Part shown: one piece after another, positions 50,560 through 64,000 of the stretch
Layout of the letters: the number at the start of each line of letters is the position of its first letter
Numbering within the stretch: position 1 is the stretch's first letter
NCBI RefSeq assembly: GCF_006345805.1
Contig: NW_021832985.1
Location: 1-64,000, forward strand
DNA length: 64,000 bases
Reading direction: 5' to 3'
DNA from: Octopus sinensis
Taxonomy: Eukaryota
Notes under the pieces: model-generated
Databases searched by the model: none
What the model saw: only the letters and a program-made list of their open reading frames with translations
Told to the model about the DNA's origin: nothing
Made by a program: the position numbers and the translations under genes

Positions 50560-50959
50560 TATATATATATATATATATCCAAAAACGCACGCGCATATCT
50601 ATATAAACAGGTGTACTATTTACACACACGCACATATACAAACACACACACACGGCAACATGAAAACGTACGAAGATCACACACCGAGATCACACACGGG
50701 CCCTCACACAGACAGACAAATTTCACAGACATGGAGGAGGAGGAGGAGGGGGAAGAGGGTGAGAGTGTGTGTGTGTGTGTGTGTAAGTGGGGTGAGAAAG
50801 TGTGAGGAGTGATAGTGAAAGACCTGTGGAAATGATGTAACAGATATCAAAGCAGTCTGCGAGGAGACGGCAGCCAGTGATTCTTTTAATAGTTCCGTGA
50901 TGGTAATCCCCCGCCCAGTCAGAGTCACGTGGCCTAACATCTGTCAGACAGACTAAAGA

Positions 50960-51001
50960 GAGCGCGCGAGAGAAAGAGAGAGAGAGATAGAGATAGAAAG
51001 C

Positions 51002-51038
<37 letters not shown>

Positions 51039-51056
51039 GAGAGAAAATAAAAAAGC

Positions 51057-51088
<32 letters not shown>

Positions 51089-51156
51089 TGTGTATGTGCG
51101 TGTGCGTGTGCGTGTGCGTGTGCGTGTATGCGTGTGCGCGTATGCGTGTGCGCGTA

Positions 51157-51204
<48 letters not shown>

Positions 51205-51568
51205 CGTGATTGCGTGTGCGCGTGTGCGTGTATGCGTGTGCGTGTATGCGTGTGCGTGTATGCGTGTGCGTGTATGCGTGTGCGTGTATGCGTGTGCGTG
51301 TATGCGTGTGGTGTATGTTGTGTATGTGTATGTGGTGTGTGTATGTATGTGTGTGTGTGTGTGTGTGGTATATGTGTGTGGTGTATGTGTGTGTGTGTAT
51401 GTGTGTGTGTGTAGTGGCGTATGTGTATGTGTTGTGTGATGTGTGTGTATGTGTGTGTGTGTGGTGTGTGTGTATGGTATGTGTGTGTGTGTGTGTATGA
51501 GTGTGTGTATGTGTGTTTGGTGTATGTGTGTGTGTATGTGTGTGTGTGTATGGTGGTGTATGTGTGTG

Positions 51569-51603
<35 letters not shown>

Positions 51604-51640
51604 CGTGCTGCGTGAGAGAGAAAGAGAGAGAGAAAGCAGA
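50960..51640. repeat. (GA)n/(TG)n/(TGCGTG)n compound microsatellite
   Basis: Direct inspection. Confidence 0.95.
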
Positions 51641-52059
51641 ACGCCAGCATAAACATACCGTTTTATTATATACAGCTATACCACTAACGCATATACAATC
51701 GCTCTCACGTACATATATAAGCTTAGAAATAGCCATATCTAGAGTGCTACGATTTATGCACACCACACACACACGTACACACGTGTGTACACATTACAAA
51801 TAAAAGGATAATTTATGTACGCTCACAAGTCCACACACACACACACACACACACACACAAGCCCACAAAATGTGGATGCATATGCGTATACATAAATTAT
51901 CCTTTTATATGTAATTTGTATTACACGTGTGTGTGTGTGTGTGTGTGTGTTCCCAGACTACCACCTCCCAAAATCATAATTATAAAATTAATCTCCAATT
52001 GTCTCAGTCACAGTAAATAGAGAAATCTGGACGAGGAATATAATATATATATATATATC

Positions 52060-52132
<73 letters not shown>

Positions 52133-52492
52133 CTTTTACTTGTTTCAGTCATTTGACTGTGGCCATGATGCAGCACCGCCTTTCGTCGAGCAAATCGACC
52201 CCCCCCCACCAAGACATTCTTTGTAAGCCTAGAACTTATTCTATCGGTCTTTTTTGCTGAACTGCTGAATTGAGGGACGTAAACACACCAGCATCGGTTG
52301 TCAAGCGATGTAGGGGGACAAACACAAACACATATATATACGACGGGCTTCTTTCAGTTTCCGACTACCAAATTTACTCACAAGGCTTTGGTCGGCCCGA
52401 AGCTATAAAAGACACTTGTCCAAGGTGCCACACAGTGGGACTGAAACAAGAACCATGTGGTTGGTAAGGAAGCTACTTACCACACAGCCACT

Positions 52493-52531
<39 letters not shown>

Positions 52532-52864
52532 TCTATCTCTACACTAACAGAGAGGGAGAGTGAGAGGTGCATGCCTGCAAACACACACACACCTGATCGT
52601 CTACCACTTCCCACCCTCCGCCGCACACATCTTACCTCAATGTACCAAACTACTAACAGACAACTCGACCAACCAACCAGCCAGCCACCCAGCCAACATA
52701 ACTTCATAACACTCAATCCCCCCCCCTCACCTCCTCCTCCTCAATCTAAATTCTGTCCCTTTCGCCGCCCCCTTCGTCCGCCTCCCCCCCTACCCAGACT
52801 ACCTAGAAAACTCTTCCAGTCAGTCTAGAACGGCAGCTAGCAAATTATGTGTACATGTTAGCAT

Positions 52865-52931
<67 letters not shown>

Positions 52932-52946
52932 AAGAGAGAGAAAGAG

Positions 52947-52979
<33 letters not shown>

Positions 52980-53020
52980 GAGAATGTGTTTCTTGTGACT
53001 ATGCATGTATGTACATATAT

Positions 53021-53085
<65 letters not shown>

Positions 53086-54119
53086 GCGTGTGTACAAGTG
53101 TCTGGCAAGGTGTATAGCTATGAAGAGGGAGAGAGACAGTGTGTGTGTTTGTGTGTTTGTGTAGTGATTGGTGTTGGTATGGGAGAAATTGTAACACATT
53201 TTGGTGCCGTGCGACACTGTGGATTGATGAAAACGGTGGCCGTAGTAGCATTGGTATCGGGTGGTGGTTGTGTTGCTAGGGTGAGAGGGGAGATGGTGGT
53301 GGTGGTACTGGTGGTGGTACTATATCTATCTAAACCAGACGCTGCGCTTGTTGCCGGGTCATGTTGTGGTGATGGTCGTGGCGGTGATGGTGGCGGTAGT
53401 GGTAGAGGGCAGCAGCAGCAGCAGCAGGCGAAGGCGGTGATGACGTTGAGTGTTATGTCTGTCTAGCCAGACGCTGCGCTTAATGCCGGGGTGATGTGGT
53501 GTCTGCGTTGCTTAATAACCTAACCCCCCCCCCAACCCGCCAACCCGAAACCTCCCACCCTCTCCAGACTTACGTAAAATGTCAAAGTCGGATACTTCTG
53601 GCTGAGAACAACACCACCACCACCACCACCAACACCACTAGCATCATCATCACCACCATAATTATTACTGTGGCCGTCATCATCTTGTCATCATGTTCCT
53701 CAATATCATACATTCCTCCTCATATAGACACACATATATACATACAGAGGTATATCACATTAATTAGTGGCTGAGTACTCCACAGTCGCATGTACCCTTA
53801 ATGTTATTATCAGGCAGAATCAACATAATATACTGTATGACCTGTATTGTATCTTTTGAATTCCGGGTATAATCCACTCGATAGGCTTTTCTACACAGCC
53901 TCCGTCTACCCAATTCTATCCAAGGTATTGATCAAAGCGAAACTATAGAAAATAGCGTTTTGCCGAAAGAATTGAACCCAGAACCTCTCGAGTTCGATAT
54001 ATAGTGTATCAGATTTATTAAGGCTGTTTTTGTTTTTGTGGGAACAATGCAATTTGAAGCTATTATAAATAGTTCGTAAATATTGGGTCGAAAATCACTT
54101 TGGATAGAAAAAAAGTCCA

Positions 54120-54192
54120 AGGCTGTCGTGGGATTTGAACCCACATCTTCTGTAAACACGACAGACGTTATGCCGTTGGACGAATGCACTCC
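54120..54192 (-). pseudogene. Degenerate tRNA-like relic
   Basis: Perfect T-arm gtggg-ttcaaat-cccac, anticodon stem tctgt/acaga, 3-bp D stem, broken acceptor stem, T6 downstream. Confidence 0.5.
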
Positions 54193-56526
54193 ATCTAACC
54201 CACCTATCCATTTTAGAAACGTTATTCTTACAAGCGAGAATTGCATGTTGGTGAAATCAGAAGAATTTTATAAACTCTCGGGAGAATGTGAACATTTTTT
54301 GAAAAGGTGAAACTCGAAGTAAATACATCTATTAGGAATTTTGTGAAAATGTTAACCCCAGACCCTCCAAAAGAAACAAAATTATTGGACGGAAAAAATC
54401 GAAGGCTGTCCGTGATTTAATGTTTTACTAAAAACTTTCCGCGTTCGCTGCTCTGAAAAAAAAAAAATAAAAAATAATAATAATTCGAAAATATCAAACG
54501 AGAAATATTTCAGAATATTTCTGAGTATGCCAATGTTTAGAACAAATTTCACAGACGGTTTGCGACGTCAATAATGAGACGAGTTTTACTAACAACTCTA
54601 GCCAATAATAAAGCCTCCGTTGGACAATTTAGAAAGTATAACTTTATATAAAGAACATCTTCCAGAATTTGAAAGGGTTGATATCACAATATATACAAAT
54701 ACATAAAACGTATTATTACGATTAATGAAAATGAGGCCTCTTTGCTAGCAGATATTCGGTCGAGGATTAAAACTGAATCGTATCGCATCGTCTTCGGATA
54801 TCTGGTCTCCATCTTTAATTCAGATATGCTCCCCCCCCACCATCACTCTCTTCCGATATTGAATATATATAATTCATGCACCAATAATGTATGTTAGTAC
54901 AAAGCCAGTAATTTCGGGGGAGGGCGTAAATCGATTACATCAACCTCAGTGCTCAACTGTTAATTATTTCATCGACCCCAAAGGGGACGAAAGGCAAACT
55001 CGACCTCGGCGGAATTTGAACGCAGAACGTTAATACGGACAAAATGCCACCAAGTATTTCGTTCGGCGTGCTAACGTTTCTGCCAGCTCGCTACCTTATT
55101 GAAATCTAATCGATTTCTTTCTTTTCCTTACTAATCAAAATGCGAAGCCCCGTGACAGTATACTTAAGTTCGAATCCAGTTGACGTTAAATCAATGAAAA
55201 GTGACTTTATATTTTCATTAAGTTTCAGTGAGATGTTGATGTAATCACTCGATACCAGTTATATTCTAGGCTGGTATTAAAAGACAGTAAACCTATATCC
55301 AATTCAGAAACGTTGGCACGCCGGGCGAAATGTGTAGCCGTATTTCGTCTGCCGTTACGTTCTGAGTTCAAATTCCGCCGAGGTCGACTTTGCCTTTCAT
55401 CCTTTCGGGGTCGATAAATTAAGTACCAGTTACGCACTGGGGTCGATGTAATCGACTTAATCCGTGTGTCTGTCCTTGTTTATCCCCTCTGCGTTTAGCC
55501 CCTTGTGGGTAGTAAAGAAATATATATCCAATTCTCAAATACGGATATTTCACCTGCTCTGCTAGAATCGGTAGCAGAGTGGTGGGTAAAACATCTTGTG
55601 GAATTTACATTTATCCTTTTAGGGTCACGAGTTATTTTATGCTTGTTTTGTTTAAATCTCTCCCCACAAACCGACTAAATCTTCCGGGACAGATAAAATA
55701 ATAACCATTTGAGATTAAAGGCGAGCTTAGCGTTCAATACACGAAGACGGTGGATACCCCGTCGTTTTCGACGATGATCATTTAGTTCGATTAACTAAAC
55801 CTGCTCATTGTATAAGCGCGCAAGTGGTTGAGTATTTCACAGACATGTGTCCTCTTAACATTATTAAGCAGAACCAATGTAGGTGGTTCAGGTTAAATTT
55901 GATACATTCCTTCTAACGGAATTCTGAACGAGCATCCACACCTCCACCTGTGTCTACTTCACCCCTCTCCAATATTCCTGATGGCTAGAGTAACTGCACT
56001 GGCCCAACATGTTACGTAGTGGTCTTGAACCCGGAATTCCATGGGTGCCCACTCGGCCATATCTAACATCATAGACTGGTGCCTCCACGTAAAGAAACAA
56101 CAATACAATATTTTTGGTGTCAAGCTGATTGGCAGAAACGGTAGAACGGTGGCTCAAAATATCGATATGTATTGATGACTTTCGAACTGTAACATTCAGG
56201 TTTCAAATCAAAGCAGGGAATTGCGTTTTTGAATTTTCTCCATCACACTTGACTTCATTATTCCGGATCGAAACGCAGTAAGTACCAGAAATATATTGAG
56301 ATTGAATCGACTGATTATAGCTTCTCCACTACGAAGGAAGGAGGGAGACAGAAGGTTTGGTTGCGTGAGAGAGAAGAGAGAGAGAGGAAAAGAAGGAGAG
56401 AGAGAGAGAAAGGAAAAGAGAGAGAGAGAAAGGAAAAGAAATGGAGAGAGAGAGAGAGGCAGAGAAGACAGAGGAAAGTGAAGAGACAGAGGAGAGAGAG
56501 TGCATGTTTGAAACAGATAGTGTGTG

Positions 56527-56609
<83 letters not shown>

Positions 56610-57617
56610 GTTAAATGAGAGACAGACAAAGCTGTGTGTGTGAGATAGAAGAGACGAGAGAGAGAGAGAGAGAGAGGAAGTAAGAACTGTGTGACCGAAT
56701 TCTTCAGCTAAATATTACACCGTAACATACCTCCACATCCATCCACTCACTCTCTCTCCAGAGAGTGAATAGGAGGTGTCTGATTATGTGGAGAGGGGAA
56801 AACGACACACCCTTTCCCAACCTCCCAAACAACATGACTACCCTTCTTTACCATTTTTTTTCCTTTTTCTTTTCTCCCCACCCTGAACACATCTACCTAC
56901 CCGCTTATCTTTACATCTACCCACCTATACATTTACCTACCTACCTTCTCACTAACCTCACACTTATCCATCTATCTACCTTTCTCTCCACAATCCCCAC
57001 GCCCCCACCCCATCAATTCACCCCACAAACAAAACAGATTCACATGAAAACTCAGTCCTTAAGCTAACCACCCCCACCACCATCCAGTCAGTACCCGGTT
57101 GCGTCTCGCTTCCTTTACTCCATCTCAACCAACCTCGGCCATACCCGATTCATCATTCACTCCGTTGCTACCCTTTATATAAAACACACACACACACACA
57201 CAAACGCGCGCACACGCCGTTTCTCCGTGCTACCTTAGCCTCTAACCCGACCTCACACATTGTTTTCCCCCACTCCCGTTCTTCACTTCCATCCTTACCA
57301 ATATTGGCACCATCACCACTACGACGACCACCCTAAAGAAATCCACCTCCATCTCACACAACCGAACACTTACTATAATATACTCCTCCTCCTCCTCCTC
57401 CTTCACAACCAATCATAAGCAGATTACTTGTTCGTTTCTTTTCTCCTCCCCCTCCCTCAAATACACTGCATTTTTTTTTTGTTTTTTCATTTCGAAAACT
57501 TTCTCATTTTGCTTCCGCCTGTCCCTTGTTACTCACACAAGATAACTACTGTTCCATAACTGATTATATATATAATATATATATATAGTATATATAGTAT
57601 ATAGTATATATAGTATA

Positions 57618-57980
57618 TATGGAATGGAAGCACTCCGTCGGTTACGACGACGAGGGTTCCGGTTGATCCGAATCAACGGAACAGCCTGCTCGTGAAATTA
57701 ACGTGTAAGTGGCTGAGCACTCCACAGACACGTGTACCCTTAACGTAGTTCTCGGGGATATTCAGCGTGACACAGAGAGTGACAAGGCCGGCCCTTTGAA
57801 ATACAGGTACAACAGAAACAGGAAGTAAGAGTGAGAGAAAGTTGTGGTGAAAGAGTACAGCAGGGATCACCACCATCCCCTGCCGGAGCCTCGTGGAGCT
57901 TTAGGTGTTTTCGCTCAATAAACACTCACAACGCCCGGTCTGGGAATCGAAACCGCGATCCTATGACCGCGAGTCCGCTA
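57618..57980 (-). mobile_element. SINE with family C head and tail X
   Basis: Head matches 31600-31720; tail (ctgtatttcaaagggcc...tgtggagtgctcagccac) matches 2255-2370. Confidence 0.85.
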
Positions 57981-59460
57981 TATATACACATATACACATA
58001 CGCTATATATATATATACACACACACATACATACACACATACATACATACACGCACACATACAGGTGTGTGTGTGATATTGTAAGAAGTTTGCTTCTTAA
58101 CTACATGGTTCCGGGTTCCGTCCCACTGCATGGTTTCTCCTAAAGCACCACCGGTCGACCACAGCCTTTTGAGTGGATTTAGTTGTCGGAAACTGAAGGA
58201 ATCCCGACGCGCGCGCGTGTGTGTGTGCATGTATCTTCACATGCATACATACAGGTTATCATGTATCAGGAATTAAATAAAACCCTTACAGAGTGGGAAA
58301 AATAATGGGTCGCTGTTTGTCACGTTAATGTTACGTTCGTAACAGCTAAACTTCGTAGATTGTACTAGTTTACATTCAACCAGGCTATGTTGCACAACCA
58401 TGCGACCCAGCACACGTCACACCCTGTTCCACAATACTTGTTACAGTAGTAACAGCATGTAATGTAGTCTATGTTACATTGCTTACGTTAGATGATTGTT
58501 GTTAAGTTACACACGCTGATGTTCCAACTTGATACGTGTTCAACATAGTCGCAATTACTTGTCACATGACGTCTTTATGTTGGCGTTCCACATATTAGAA
58601 ATAACAGTCAGCTCCGTCAAATCACAATTTAGCAGCTTAAAAATGTCTACACCGACAAACTCGAGCCCGCTATAACAAAAACGCCAGGCTGGAACACCCT
58701 TGATCTAAATATTTAGTCAATCAAAATTGACCAGCGGTTTAATGACAAAACAAAAGCAACGTAAGTCAATTTTTGATCGGACGTTGGTACAATGTTTTCA
58801 GTTTAATACGATGAAGAAACCTTCAAGCAGTTTCTCATCTTGCCAGAAAGAGCGGTCAAATATCTCTCGTGTGATTTTATTGTTAGAAATAGAGAAAATT
58901 TTGAAATATAACCATCATAGACACCCTGAATAAGTCTAAGAGTAAAATAGGTGTGATAGTCTTAATGAGAACACTTGATCATAAGGTCTATTCAATGATA
59001 CTTTGAGGAGGGCTAAACAACAATATCCACAATGACAACAACATAATCCAATGTTAGAAAAAGAGAAGGCTTGCGATTTATTCTAACAGAATCAAAGATT
59101 TAATTTTTTGTACAGAAACAAGCAAGTGGGTCATGGCAGTTCTATTTACCCGCATATATTACCGGTACTTTGGATATCACTGATATAGGATCTGAAATGA
59201 TAATATTGTGGAACAAAAATCAAATGCGGTAAATTATATATTCCGCTACTCGACTTCTGTCGACTCCAGCCCGGAAACTCGGCCCTTCATTTTCGTGTGG
59301 TCGTACGGTAAGAAGTTTGCTTCCCAACCACGTGACTCTGGGTTCAGTTCCACTGTGTGGTAACTTGACCACCAAGTGTCCTCTACTATGTAGCTTTGGG
59401 CCGCTCGAAGCCTTGTCAGTGGCTTTGGTAGATGGAAACCAAAAGAAGCCCGTCGCGTGT

Positions 59461-59503
<43 letters not shown>

Positions 59504-60256
59504 GGTGTGCGTGTGTTCGTGTGCGTGTGTGCGTGTTTGTCCCCCACCACTGCTTGGCAACCGGTGTTTGTTCGTTTACGGGACTCAGTGGCTCGGCAAA
59601 AGAGACGGAATAAGTACCAGGTTTAAAAACAATAAGTACTGGAGTCGATTCGTTCGACTAAAAATACTTCAAAGTGGTGCCCCAGAATGGCCGTAATCTA
59701 ATGACCAGCAATACACACATATCTCCATCACATGCTTGTTTTCTGTATCTGAACAGAAGACCAAAAAAAAATAATAAAAACGAATAAATAAAACATGGCC
59801 TGTTTTGTTTTGCCCCAAAAAGTATTAAGGCGGTCTTGCTTCCTTGCTGTTTTATAAAAGGGTTCTTAATGACGATATGAATACGTTTATGTGTTGCTAA
59901 CATTTCCCATAGGGGTTACTGTTTTCCAGTTGCTTGCTGCTCTCGAATTTTCCTGAAAGATTAAGGCGTCACGGTCTGCCTGCTTCTAGCATACCTCCTT
60001 CCATGCTAGATTTTTTTAATGTACAGTTTCCAAATCGCTTGTGGCTTATCATATCAGTGAAAAATACCCTTACGTAAAGTATACACTTACTATCCCTCCC
60101 CTCTGTCAATCTATCATACAGGTCCTCAACCAGCTCTCACTCCATCACTTTCTTTATCTTCCCAATATCTCCCTTACAATTGCTTTCTGTTTTCCAGTAA
60201 GTGTCTCTGCGTGAATTAACCCCACCTCTCTCTCTCTCCATTCATCATATTATATA

Positions 60257-60302
<46 letters not shown>

Positions 60303-60874
60303 TTGAGAGAGGGTGTGTGTGTGTGTGTTTCTTAATATCCATGGGAGACTTAATTGCAAAAATCAAATTGTGTTGACATAAATGAGTTGAAGAGAAATTA
60401 AAAATAGATGGAAAAAACGGAAAAATACGATTACATCCACCCAAAGAAAGTAATTCTAACAACACAAGTCCCACACACATTCGTAGATGATTAATTATGT
60501 TGTTTTCTTTTATTTTATTAAGCTATTAAATCTGGCAGTTAGTATAGCTGAGGAAACCCCAAAAGAGTGTGAAATTAATACGAATACGTGCACTAATACA
60601 CATCTACACGCACTATACGCATATCTGTATTATATACATTCATACAAATGTGTGTGTTTCAGTCATTTGATTCTGGCCATGCTGAGGCACCGCCTAGATG
60701 AAGTTTAGTCGAACAAACCAGCTCCAGTAATTATTTTCTTGTGCGGTACTAGTTTTATCGGTCACTGTCACAGAACTGCTAGTTTACGGGAATATAAACA
60801 AACCAACACTAGCTAAGTGGTGGGAAGGGATAAACACGAACGCTCTCTCTAAGTATATGCACACACACACTTAT

Positions 60875-61477
60875 ATATATATATGCATACATATATACAC
60901 CCATACTATATATATATATAAACATACATACATATATATATACACCCATACTATATATATATATACACCCATACTATATATGTATATATATATATATATA
61001 TATAAACATACATACATATATATACACCCATACTATATATGTATATATATATATAAACATACATACATATATATACACCATACTATATATTATATTATAT
61101 ATATAATAATAAACATACATACATATATATACACCCATACTATAATATGTATATATATATATAATAACATACATACATATATATACACCCCTACTATATA
61201 TGTATATATATATATAAATACATACATATATATATATACATACCCCATACTATATATGTATATATATATATAAACATACATACATATCATACAACACCCA
61301 TACTATTATATATATGATATATATATATATATATATAAACAATAATACATATATATACACCCCATACTATATATGTATATATATATATATATATATAACC
61401 TACATACATATATATACACCCATACATATATATATTATATATTATATATTAATAAAACATACATATATATACACCCA

Positions 61478-61513
<36 letters not shown>

Positions 61514-61560
61514 ATACATACATATATACACCCATACTATATATGTATATATATATATAT
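60875..61560. repeat. TA-rich minisatellite with recurrent acacccatactatat core
   Basis: About a dozen recurrences separated by variable (TA)n. Confidence 0.9.
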
Positions 61561-61929
61561 ATACATATCTATGTGTGTGTGAGAGAAAATGGGTGTAGAT
61601 GTATATTACGCACATACACACTTATGTGCATGTGTGGATAATAATAGACTGTGTGTGTGTATAGATAGCATATGCATGTGATTGTGCTTTTATATATGTA
61701 TATTGTTTCTGCATTAATTAAAATAATCCGAAGCTAACTGGTCATCTTAATCGGACTAAATTTGCACAGGTAAACACATACAAACACACATGCCAAGCTG
61801 AAATGCTCTTACTCTCTTCGTTAGCGACATCAAATCCATTGATATCGTGATTTGATTGTGTGTAGTAAATATTGATTGATTAGTGTGTGTGTTTGCGTCC
61901 TTTAGAAAAAATTAAAAAGTGACAGCATA

Positions 61930-61989
<60 letters not shown>

Positions 61990-62439
61990 GTGTGTGTGTG
62001 TGTGTGTGTACACATCCATACAGGAGAGAGAAGAGAAAAGTGAGAGATGTGAAATATAAAACCAGAGCTGCTCAGTCCGCCGCAGAAACTTCAATAGCAA
62101 CTCAGACGTATTACAAGCTCTTCTGGTGGTGATGATTAAATCCATCTCAATATCGGAAACCCTTCTAAGGGTCGCAAGCGTTCTGCTCATCTTAGCCCGT
62201 CTGCTTCACCTGAATTAGCTTTCACTTTCCATCTTGACAAGCCTGTTGTCAAGCATACACACCTTGAACTGCTCTTAACCATCTTGGCTAAAGCTCTTTG
62301 ATGGTTGCACTGAACGTTCCTGGTTTATTAATTCATTCCGTGGTCTGTGACAATGCTTAAGGTTTGGTAGGAGTATCGCTTTTAGAAATAAATGTTCTTT
62401 TGTATCTATTGTAGTTGCCTCTGTGTGCGCGCGCGCGCG

Positions 62440-62492
<53 letters not shown>

Positions 62493-62612
62493 CGGATGCT
62501 TTCTTGGTTATTATTTTGTTTTACTTATTTCAGCCATTAAACCGATCATGCTGGGTCACCACACTGAAGTTTGTTTAGTCGAGCAAATCGTTCCCAATAT
62601 TTATTTTAAGTA

Positions 62613-63733
62613 TATAGGGTCATCACAAGAGATTTTATTAAACTTTTATTTTTCAAAATTAAGATAAAGTTCATTTTTGACCTAAAATATACTCTCCATT
62701 TTCTACAATGCTTTTCCATCTATCTGGTAGACTTGCAAGGCCCCTCTTCTAAAATTCACTTGTCCGTGACCAAAAATACTCCTCCAGTACTCTTCTCACC
62801 TCGTCTACAGAGTTCATAATTTTTCCGTCCAAATGATTTTGAAGACTGTGGAATAGATGACAATCAGATGGGGAAATGTCCAGTGCATACGATCGGTGGG
62901 GCATCGTTTCCCATTGAAACTGCTCCAGCCTTTGGAATGTCATCCTTGCTGTATGTGGCCGAGCCTTATCCTAACAGAACATCTTTCGTCTTGAACCGAA
63001 GATAATCATTTTTCTTCTGACTTAATCCGCTCAAGCTGGTCGCAGTAAATCTTTGTTATCGTTTGGTTTGGGTTTAAAAAGTTCAAAGGGGATAAAACCT
63101 TTCATATCTTACCAAACAGATAACAGTACCTTGAGTGGGTGAAGACCTTTAACCTGTCTTCGGTGTTTGACATTTTTATAGAGAACTCATTTCTCGTAAC
63201 CAGTCACTATTCGGACTAAAAAAGGTTCGTTCGTGAAACGTGACAGGAGAGAAGAGCACACATTCACTGCGCGGGATTAGACTTGGAAAGTTTGTGAGGA
63301 ACCCATTGACCCAATTTGCCGATTTTTCCGAAGGTTGAATGACCAAATCCAAGATTCTCTGCTAGATACTCAGCAGTTACGATGGGATTTTGTTCCACCA
63401 GGGTTGGTAGGATATCCCCGTCGTGCTCTACAGATCTTCCAGGACAATGTTCGTTTTCTCGGATGTGGTTTCCGGTTCGGAATTTCTGGAACCACCGTTG
63501 ACACTGGCATACGCTTATTATCCGACCATCATATACTGCATTAATATTCCTCGCACTTTCCGTTGCATTGTTGCCTTTATTAAACTCAATGAAAAATATG
63601 CCGAATATGCTATGTCACTTCCATTTTACTACCTGCTTTTACAGCAAGTTTATGCAGATAGTTTATTCCGTTCCATTCGAATTTTATAGTCAATGCAATT
63701 GAAAGAAAAATCACATTATGGGATGACCCAATA
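62613..63733 (-). mobile_element. Near full-length degraded mariner
   Basis: TIRs tatagggtcatcacaa / ttatgggatgacccaata. Remnants QRWFQKFRTG, GQWVPHKL, RIVTGYEK, KARPHTAR, YALDISPSDCHLF; stops and frameshifts. Confidence 0.88.
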
Positions 63734-64000
63734 TTTATTCAATCCTACACAGTGTGCCAAGCTGTGGTGGTGGTGGAGAAAACAAGGACACACGGACAAG
63801 GGGCTTCTACTGTAGATTTTTCAACATCGGAGCAATTACCAAAATAATCATTTCAGTTTCTCTTCTCACTCTGTGACAGAGAGAGGTGTTGCATGTAAAG
63901 TCTGATTAAGTACAAGTATGCGTGTGAGTGCGTATATGTGTGCGTGTGCGTGAGTGCGTGTATGTGTGTGCGTGAGTGCGTGTATGTGTGTGCGTGAGTG

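Noticed and set aside
50900-60078. E-box plus GC-box (~50905-50935) and TTACGTAA D-boxes (~53571, ~60071) as circadian control of the ASMT-like gene
   Set aside because: Such 6-8-mers are expected by chance in 64 kb, especially in RY-rich DNA, and the TSS is unknown.
121-63689. The large majority of ORFs in the six-frame track (poly-YI, HT, CV, ER, N, I, L)
   Set aside because: They are translations of (TA), (CA), (GA), (TACA), (TATC) and (AAT) microsatellites or SINE sequence, with no domain content.

Overview
This is an AT-rich, microsatellite-saturated animal genomic window. The SINE, LINE and DNA-transposon content and the repeat density suggest an octopus or other coleoid cephalopod (inference, no search run). 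One protein-coding gene is well supported: a minus-strand ASMT/HIOMT-like (Methyltransf_2 family) SAM-dependent O-methyltransferase. Six exons at 45649-38762 splice in frame via GT-AG into 395 aa; the first coding exon was not identified. The gene carries an unusual ~70-aa Asn/Gly/Thr-rich insert. Most of the remainder is repeats: several tRNA-derived SINE families (one forming fixed-junction dimers, others sharing modular heads and tails), four R4/Dong-type RLE LINE 3' ends plus an RT fragment tied to (AAT)n tracts, a 555-bp AAT-embedded non-coding retroposon, Penelope-like and RTE fragments, three mariner relics, MITEs and two non-autonomous Helitrons. The leads most worth testing are a ~200-bp TA-associated repeat with a non-canonical minimal hammerhead fold, the AAT-targeting element, the ASMT insert, an orphan GC-rich ORF relic and a 1.4-kb GCY repeat that may be a frameshifted poly-Ala exon. 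Almost all ORFs in the supplied track are microsatellite artefacts. Repeat boundaries were read by eye and are approximate.
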